Virus record (IMG/VR): IMGVR_UViG_3300024232_000031
Location: 1-39,335 of that record
Direction: 5' to 3' (one strand)
Source: a virus
Taxonomy: Duplodnaviria; Caudoviricetes
Length of the DNA stretch: 39,335 nt
Position 1 is the stretch's first letter. Each line of letters starts with the position of its first letter. The position numbers and the translations under genes are program-made. The notes below the pieces were generated by a model, which saw only the letters and a list, made by a program, of their open reading frames with translations, did not search any database and was not told the DNA's origin. Of the stretch, positions 33,751 to 39,335 are shown in pieces.

Positions 33751-34206
33751 TCAAGCTACCGCCAAGACAATCCGGTGTAGTAGCTGCGCAGCTATATACC
33801 CCGGGTAATGCCGATCGGTCGCGTATTCAAGTTTATCGAAGTTATTCAGCAATGTTTTCGGCGAGACCGCGAGTGAAGCGTCACGCAGATAATCCGCGAG
33901 GCAATTCATGATCTTGCTGCGTACAGTATTGCGCACGTTGCGTTTAACATCCTCCGGTAGTGCCTTATCGAGCACCGTTTCCATATCGAGCGCGCAATCT
34001 TTGAAACGTTGTACGCCAAAGGTTCTAACAAAGCTCTCCAACGATCCACGATTGGCACGCATCACAGCGCATATCTCCAACCAAAGCATGCGCTCTGGCT
34101 CGGAGAACTTATGCTCGACAACATTGTCCGACAGAGCATACGCGCAGCGCGTTTGAAGCTCGCGTAACTCCTCCGGTGTGAATTGGGTGAGGTCGATGTT
34201 TTGCAT
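33751..34206 (-). CDS. Hypothetical protein (first gene of the replication arm)
   Basis: Start MQNIDL after GGTGAG; helical. Confidence 0.7.
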   Translation of the reverse strand: MQNIDLTQFTPEELRELQTRCAYALSDNVVEHKFSEPERMLWLEICAVMRANRGSLESFVRTFGVQRFKDCALDMETVLDKALPEDVKRNVRNTVRSKIMNCLADYLRDASLAVSPKTLLNNFDKLEYATDRHYPGYIAAQLLHRIVLAVA

Positions 34207-34349
34207 GGTGCACTCACCATAGCCGTTCAATTTTTGTGATGCAAGCATTAAATTTTTACGACGTCGAGAGCATAGAAACGAGGCTAAACCCTCGCGCGCA
34301 GGAGAAGGCCCGCATTCTTATCGCGCGCCCCGCGGATAAATAGGCGCCC

Positions 34350-34413
34350 AAACATAATAAAATAACGTCATCCCTCCCAAAAGGGTGCGTTTTTTATTTT
34401 AGTTGTTATGTTT
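34350..34413. repeat. AT-rich imperfect inverted repeat at the strand-switch point
   Basis: AAACATAA-TAAAATAA-CGTCATCCC ... GGGTGCG-TTTTTTATTTTA-GTTG-TTATGTTT. Confidence 0.55.
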
Positions 34414-34567
34414 TTGATACTGGCTGACAGCAAGCTAACATGGGTCGGGTGCCCCTCCCCAAACAGATCACAGCTCGCCCCGCAAGTGCTCGCTCGCGGT
34501 GATCGGTTTATTTGCTCTTGTCCAGAGCATGGTATATTGGGTTATCATAATAGTTGGAGTTTTAACG

Positions 34568-34846
34568 ATGCGTCAGCAGATTAAGCGTACAACGATGTCT
34601 TACGTGCAATTAACAAACGCCGCCCTCGATTGCATAAGTCTAGCGTTGTCTGACATAGAACAGCAACAAAGCTCACTCGAGGATTTAGTTAACAAAGCCG
34701 AGATCCTCGAGGATTACGAGCGCCTCGAGACAGTAACGAAACGATACGCCAAACTAAAGAAGCGAGCAAAAGCAGCCTCGCGACAAATCAACCGCATCGC
34801 TTCGAAGCACGAAGCACGCTTGCCGCAAAAGGAAAGTCAACAATAA
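34568..34846 (+). CDS. Coiled-coil hypothetical protein
   Basis: Start MRQQIK after GGAG; a TGGTATATT -10-like element lies near 34530. Confidence 0.7.
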   Translation: MRQQIKRTTMSYVQLTNAALDCISLALSDIEQQQSSLEDLVNKAEILEDYERLETVTKRYAKLKKRAKAASRQINRIASKHEARLPQKESQQ

Positions 34847-34950
34847 TGCAAGCTCTAACAATCGCTCTCGCCCCGCTAGCCCTTGTCAGCGTTTTGTTAA
34901 GCATTATATGGGAGCTAGCCAAACTTGTTGACCTTATAGCAACAGGATAA
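34846..34950 (+). CDS. 34-aa hydrophobic peptide (not in ORF track)
   Basis: TAATG-coupled; MQALTIALAPLALVSVLLSIIWELAKLVDLIATG. Confidence 0.5.
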   Translation: MQALTIALAPLALVSVLLSIIWELAKLVDLIATG

Positions 34951-34956
34951 ACGAAA

Positions 34957-35205
34957 ATGTTGATGCTATCTGGCGATGAATTGACAAACGAACACCAAAC
35001 GCTTTACAAGCGACTGGTGCGAGTTATCCATACAAATGCGAGACAATCGGACATGAGCCTGCAAGAGGCACTCTCGATTGTCTCGACATTGGCGGGATAC
35101 TTGATCGCACAAAGCAATGATATTGAAAACAGCCGAGCCCTCGCACACGCGAACATCGACAACGGGATCCTTGATGGATCTGGTAAGCGTTTAACGCGCC
35201 AATGA
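34957..35205 (+). CDS. Hypothetical protein
   Basis: 82 aa; AGGA RBS. Confidence 0.65.
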   Translation: MLMLSGDELTNEHQTLYKRLVRVIHTNARQSDMSLQEALSIVSTLAGYLIAQSNDIENSRALAHANIDNGILDGSGKRLTRQ

Positions 35206-35291
35206 AACGCTTACTCTTCTGGGGCATGATCGCATCGTTTGTACTGGCGATAAGCGTTGGCGTGAGAGCGCTCGCATATCTCCTGCGTTAA
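35202..35291 (+). CDS. 29-aa hydrophobic peptide (not in ORF track)
   Basis: ATGA-coupled; MKRLLFWGMIASFVLAISVGVRALAYLLR. Confidence 0.45.
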   Translation: MKRLLFWGMIASFVLAISVGVRALAYLLR

Positions 35292-35344
35292 CCAATCATT
35301 GCTTAAATTTAATATACACTCGCATAATTTGGTGCGCAAACGCC

Positions 35345-35373
35345 TTGCTTGTTAAGGTTTAGTCCCCTATAAG
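35345..35373 (+). promoter_or_regulatory. Putative promoter of the nusG/packaging operon
   Basis: TTGCTT-N17-TATAAG. Confidence 0.6.
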
Positions 35374-35433
35374 CGAAGTTCGTCAACAAGATAACGTCTT
35401 GTGCCCTGCGGCATAAGCCATTGCGACAGCGAT

Positions 35434-35970
35434 ATGTGGTACGCAGCACAAACGCAATTCAACAAAGAGTTTGTCGTGAGAGATCACTTGCAGCAGCAAG
35501 GCTTCACAGAGACATTTCTCCCGACATATCAAACAACATATGCCTCGCGCAACGTTCGCACAAAGTTACTATTTCGCAATTACATTTTCATCAACCTAGA
35601 CGATCCCATGCTCTGGCCCCGCATACAGCACACCATTGGCGTTAGCCAAATGTTAACATATGCTCCCCCAGAGCCCGAGGATATCGAGGCACCATGGTAT
35701 CGCGTACCACTCGAAATTGAGTATAGCGCGATTGAGAGCTTGCGCGATCAGGCACTAAACTTAGATGAAACGCGCCGCGACCTGATAACCAAGGGCTGCT
35801 ATGTGCGCGTCTTATCTGGTCCATTCATGCAGCAAGCACAGCGCGCACTTGTCACCTGGGCTGACAAAGATCGCGCTAAGTTACTGCTCGATATCTTCAA
35901 CCGCAAGGTTAGCGTTGAGTTCTTTCATGTTGACCTTGCTCTAGCGAGTGAGAACGATGCCGCGTATTGA
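35434..35970 (+). CDS. NusG/RfaH-family transcription antitermination factor
   Basis: MWYAAQT...HL..QGF..FLP...LF.NYIFI...I..TIGVS (NGN domain) and G.YVRVLSGPF (KOW). Confidence 0.85.
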   Translation: MWYAAQTQFNKEFVVRDHLQQQGFTETFLPTYQTTYASRNVRTKLLFRNYIFINLDDPMLWPRIQHTIGVSQMLTYAPPEPEDIEAPWYRVPLEIEYSAIESLRDQALNLDETRRDLITKGCYVRVLSGPFMQQAQRALVTWADKDRAKLLLDIFNRKVSVEFFHVDLALASENDAAY

Positions 35971-36427
35971 GATCAAGCCAGAGTACCGCCGCTATAATCG
36001 GATCAACATAGACGACGCGCGTATTGGTCCAGATTGGCAACCCACTGAAACTCAATCTCGCATGGCGCAAGAGCTAGCTGGCTATGGGCTGCCGAGAACG
36101 CAAATAGCAACATTGTTCGGCATCAGTGAGAGTAGCCTGACGCGCTACCTCGGGGATGTCATGGATCTGGGTTTGGCGCAGGTTAATGCGCTCTATCTCA
36201 GGACATTCTTCTACAAGATCACTGTTGAGAAGAATGACAACTTGTTGAAGTTTTACTTGGCGCGCAGGCTCGGATGGGTTGAACCCAAGGCTGAGGAGCC
36301 CAACGTTGTTGACGATACCTCGCGCGAATTGAGTGATGAAGAACTAAATGCCGAACTTAGAGCACTTGCAGCGCGTGAGAGAACTGCAACTACGGCGAGA
36401 GGCTTGGCGCCGCCGGTGCAAGAATGA
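35957..36427 (+). CDS. Terminase small subunit
   Basis: HTH (LAGYGL...QIATLFGISESSLTRY), FYL...LGW.E, ELSDEEL; directly upstream of TerL. Confidence 0.75.
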   Translation: MPRIEIKPEYRRYNRINIDDARIGPDWQPTETQSRMAQELAGYGLPRTQIATLFGISESSLTRYLGDVMDLGLAQVNALYLRTFFYKITVEKNDNLLKFYLARRLGWVEPKAEEPNVVDDTSRELSDEELNAELRALAARERTATTARGLAPPVQE

Positions 36428-37787
36428 GTACATCGCGTGGTGCATCGAGGCGCTGTCGCCATTAGGGCTAGTTCCCGCGGCGCATCATCAACTTATCTGC
36501 GCCGAGCTACAAGCACTGATCGATGGCCCACCCGGTGGACGCTTGATGTTCTTCGCCCCGCCGGGCTCAGCTAAGACAACATACGTTTCACGTTTATTCC
36601 CGCCCTGGGTGCTACAGCGCAAGCCGGGCTTCTCTATCATCGCGGCATCACATGGCGCGCAGTTCGCTGAAGAGAATAGTGCGCATGCGATAAGCTACAT
36701 AAAAGATCACGAGAACATCCTCGAGTATAAACTCCGCTCAGAGAATGTACATCGATGGCGCACAAGTAACGGCGGGGATTATCTCGCAGCGGGTACGGGC
36801 GCTGGTATCGCTGGTTTCAGGGCGGACCTCGCCATCATCGATGACCCTGTTCGTTCTCGTATGGATGCGGAAAGCGAGACATTCCGCTCGCGGCTCTGGC
36901 GCTGGTTTCATAGCGATCTAGCACGCAGACTCAAGCCTGATGGCCACATCGTTTTGATGCACACGCGCTGGCACATGAACGATCTGGCTGGCATGCTCTT
37001 GAAGCAAAATTCAGAGGGCTGGCGCATCATCAATCTTCCGGCTATCGCGACGACTGCCAACGACCCTCTGGGCCGGGAGCCGGGCGAGCTACTCTGGGAT
37101 GACGATGATTATGGATACGGCTCTAAGCTACTTGAAATCCGGGAGGACCTGCATAAGAATGGCGCCGCGATGGACTGGGCATCGCTGTTCCAGCAAGATC
37201 CCCGACCCAGAGATGGCGCACTGTTCAATGTTAACAAACTCGCTGCTAACATAATCGATGCGCCGCCCGCCTCGATTACCTGGGTGCGCGGCTGGGATCT
37301 CGCAGCGACAAAAGATCTCGGCACGGTTAATGCAGCCTACACAGCCGGCGTTAAACTGGGGCGCACGCCAGATAACAAATTCGTTATTGGCAACGTTAGA
37401 CGAGAGCGCCTCGAGCCGGAAGGCGTTGAGGATCTGATTGTTGGCACAGCTAAGCTTGACGGCCATGGCGTTAAGATTGGCATACCGCAGGACCCAGGAC
37501 AAGCAGGCAAGTTTCAGGTGCAGTATCTCGTAACCAAGCTCATGGGCTTTGGCGTTGAGTTCAGTCCTGAAACAGGAGACAAGGCGACTCGCGCCGCACC
37601 ATTTGCCTCGCAAGTTAATGTTGGCAATGTCGCGATGATAAGGGGCGACTGGAATGAAGCTTATCTAGAGGAAATGCGCGGCTTCCCTGTTTCAGCTACA
37701 TTGGATCAGGTTGACGCAAGCTCGCGCGCGTTTGAGATGATATTCAAGAGTGCTGGTGCGCTATGGGCCGCCTTTAACCGCGCGTGA
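36348..37787 (+). CDS. Terminase large subunit
   Basis: PPGSAKT Walker A, IIDDP, TRWH..DLAG, FQQ.P, RGWDLA, DQVDA.S.A nuclease motif. Confidence 0.93.
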   Translation: MPNLEHLQRVRELQLRREAWRRRCKNEYIAWCIEALSPLGLVPAAHHQLICAELQALIDGPPGGRLMFFAPPGSAKTTYVSRLFPPWVLQRKPGFSIIAASHGAQFAEENSAHAISYIKDHENILEYKLRSENVHRWRTSNGGDYLAAGTGAGIAGFRADLAIIDDPVRSRMDAESETFRSRLWRWFHSDLARRLKPDGHIVLMHTRWHMNDLAGMLLKQNSEGWRIINLPAIATTANDPLGREPGELLWDDDDYGYGSKLLEIREDLHKNGAAMDWASLFQQDPRPRDGALFNVNKLAANIIDAPPASITWVRGWDLAATKDLGTVNAAYTAGVKLGRTPDNKFVIGNVRRERLEPEGVEDLIVGTAKLDGHGVKIGIPQDPGQAGKFQVQYLVTKLMGFGVEFSPETGDKATRAAPFASQVNVGNVAMIRGDWNEAYLEEMRGFPVSATLDQVDASSRAFEMIFKSAGALWAAFNRA

Positions 37788-37802
37788 AGAGGAGCTTTAG
37801 CA

Positions 37803-38312
37803 ATGACGCCTGTTAAACTGCTGCAAGAGGTAGTGTTACCTGGCCTTGGCTATATGTCATCCGTTTTGGGTCACAACACTGGTCCGACAACGGATGGCCC
37901 CGCACAGGTTATGTTGATGGCTATTGTTGGCCAAGAGGCGGCGTTTCAATATCGACTGCAGATTGGCGGCCCGGCGCGCTCGTATTGGCAGTTTGAAAAG
38001 GGTGGTGGTGTCGCGGGGGTCATGCGTAATGCGACAACAGGTAAGTGGGCACGGTCCGTTTGCGCCGCGCTCGACATCCCGTCCGACGAGAATACGGTTT
38101 ATGAAGCGATGGCTTGGTCCGATCACCTCGCGACCTCGATGGCGCGGTTTAACCTTTGGTTAGCCCCTGGCGCGCTCCCAGCTGTTGGGCGTGAGGACGA
38201 CGCGTATAATTATTACGTTCGCCAATGGGCGCCAGGTAAGCCGGACAAGTCGCGTTGGCATCCTAACTATGAAGCAGCGATGCAAGCGGTAGCGGCACTC
38301 GGCGTAGGTTGA
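37803..38312 (+). CDS. Lysozyme-fold protein, putative endolysin
   Basis: LMAIVGQE...R.Q..GPARSYWQFE.GGG...Y.R.W.PGKP pattern; GAGGAG RBS. Confidence 0.6.
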   Translation: MTPVKLLQEVVLPGLGYMSSVLGHNTGPTTDGPAQVMLMAIVGQEAAFQYRLQIGGPARSYWQFEKGGGVAGVMRNATTGKWARSVCAALDIPSDENTVYEAMAWSDHLATSMARFNLWLAPGALPAVGREDDAYNYYVRQWAPGKPDKSRWHPNYEAAMQAVAALGVG

Positions 38313-38316
38313 AACG

Positions 38317-38454
38317 ATGCGCTATATCATCGAGTTCAACAGCAAGTTCTATGGGCCATTCCCCACAGAGTATGATGCAAAACTATGGATCGAGGCATTC
38401 GATGATATCGAGCTTCAACGCATGTGCGTGATTCATAGGCTGTTGGAGGTTTAG
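38317..38454 (+). CDS. Hypothetical protein, 45 aa (not in ORF track)
   Basis: MRYIIEFNSKFYGPFPTEYDAKLW...; fills the gap between its neighbours. Confidence 0.55.
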   Translation: MRYIIEFNSKFYGPFPTEYDAKLWIEAFDDIELQRMCVIHRLLEV

Positions 38455-38463
38455 GTGCGCTAG

Positions 38464-39144
38464 ATGAAACACGTGCATATTCATAGTGCTCGTGTGCATG
38501 TGCATGTTCACGTTTCAGACGACTTTAAGGAAGAGGAGCACCCGAGAGGGGGCGATCCTAAACATCCTGGTCGGTTTAGCTATGCGGGCGGTATGAATGT
38601 GGGACAGGGCGAGGGCAAGGCATCGGCCTACAAGGGCGCGGCACGAAAAGAAGGACAACCGACGCGCAGCGTACCAGTAAGCGAGGCGGTTAAAAAGAAG
38701 TTAGAAGGTTGGCGCTGGGAGCCCAAGGCCTACGCTAAACTGCTGCATAGTAAAGAGTTCGCAAAGCAGTTAAACAATTTGCCGCAGTACGAAGGCACGC
38801 TTTATCGACAAGCGACCATGCCAAAGTCTAGCCTACTGGACACCTATAAACCAGGCAAAGTGGTATCGGTAACGCAAAATATCGCGACTAGTGCAAAGCG
38901 CGATCCCTTTCTTATGCTAACCGATCCGGACGACAATGCTTCCGGCGGTGATACGGGCGTGCTATTTGAAATACGGAAAGGGCATGGCGCGGATGTTGGC
39001 TCTATGGTTGACGATCCAGCAGAGGAGGTGATCGTGCCCATTGGTCGCTCGTTTAAGGTCGTCAGCGTTTCAAAGAAAGCATCGGGCTTCGCTGAGGCGC
39101 ATGACCACCCGGTCTACCACGTATTACTAGAGGCACAAGAATAA
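38464..39144 (+). CDS. R-S-E class ADP-ribosyltransferase with His-x-His leader
   Basis: GTLYRQ (R), IATSA (S), GVLFEI, AEEVIVP.G..FKV (E); N-terminus MKHVHIH...VHVHVH then EEEHPR...GRF. Confidence 0.75.
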   Translation: MKHVHIHSARVHVHVHVSDDFKEEEHPRGGDPKHPGRFSYAGGMNVGQGEGKASAYKGAARKEGQPTRSVPVSEAVKKKLEGWRWEPKAYAKLLHSKEFAKQLNNLPQYEGTLYRQATMPKSSLLDTYKPGKVVSVTQNIATSAKRDPFLMLTDPDDNASGGDTGVLFEIRKGHGADVGSMVDDPAEEVIVPIGRSFKVVSVSKKASGFAEAHDHPVYHVLLEAQE

Positions 39145-39335
39145 ATGGCGAGACGACCACGCGTTTCAGGTCGGCAAGCAGCGCGCGACGCTAAGGCACA
39201 AGAAGCGTCGACGATCAAGGCAGCGCGCACAGCTGACTCGTTTCAGAACTTTATGTTTAACCTGGGCGTTGGTACGGATAACCCGACAAGCTCAGCGACC
39301 TATGGTTTCAACCCGATCACGCGTACGCATACGCT
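39145..39335 (+). CDS. Portal protein, DUF1073-like, N-terminus (3'-truncated)
   Basis: MARRPR...TADSFQNFMFNLGVGTDN...YGFNPITR; open to the window end; lies downstream of TerL. Confidence 0.7.
   Translation, partial: MARRPRVSGRQAARDAKAQEASTIKAARTADSFQNFMFNLGVGTDNPTSSATYGFNPITRTHT

Noticed and set aside
36348-36427. 80-bp terS/terL overlap as a programmed frameshift
   Set aside because: Such overlaps are common for terminase genes and no slippery heptamer is evident.
1-39335. CRISPR array, tRNA genes, integrase/att site, IS elements
   Set aside because: No regularly spaced repeats, cloverleaf with T-loop consensus, recombinase or transposase motifs were seen by eye; a tRNAscan or Infernal run would be needed to exclude RNAs formally.

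Overview
The window is most of a tailed dsDNA bacteriophage genome; no integrase, tRNA or CRISPR array is visible. The host is probably an alphaproteobacterium, inferred from a DUF3309-like gene and CTTG-N-TATAT promoters. Layout: (1) end of the + strand tail and lysis arm, 1-2.5 kb, with a tail fibre, a fibre chaperone and a holin resembling T4 T; (2) a cluster of small early genes and an SF1 helicase around divergent sigma70-type promoters, 2.6-9.1 kb; (3) a long minus-strand replication, recombination and DNA-modification arm, 9.1-34.2 kb, with an SNF2 helicase, DnaB, SbcCD, a resolvase, RecA, SSB, a DnaX-like clamp loader, a UDG-fused PolA, a beta-clamp-like protein, a primase, a sigma-like factor and a full 7-deazaguanine set (FolE, QueD, QueE, GAT-QueC, DpdA-like transglycosylase) that predicts archaeosine (dG+) in the DNA; (4) the start of the + strand late arm with a NusG paralog, TerS, TerL, a lysozyme-like endolysin, an ADP-ribosyltransferase and a portal. 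The least explained observations are a 10-residue terminal tag, L-x-PRGRFA-[YHN]-[KR], shared by three unrelated early proteins, an apparently circularly permuted DpdA, a modular promoter family reused 21 kb apart, a His-x-His-leadered ART beside the portal, and an Rmf-like gene. All family calls come from motifs recognised by eye; no database search was run.
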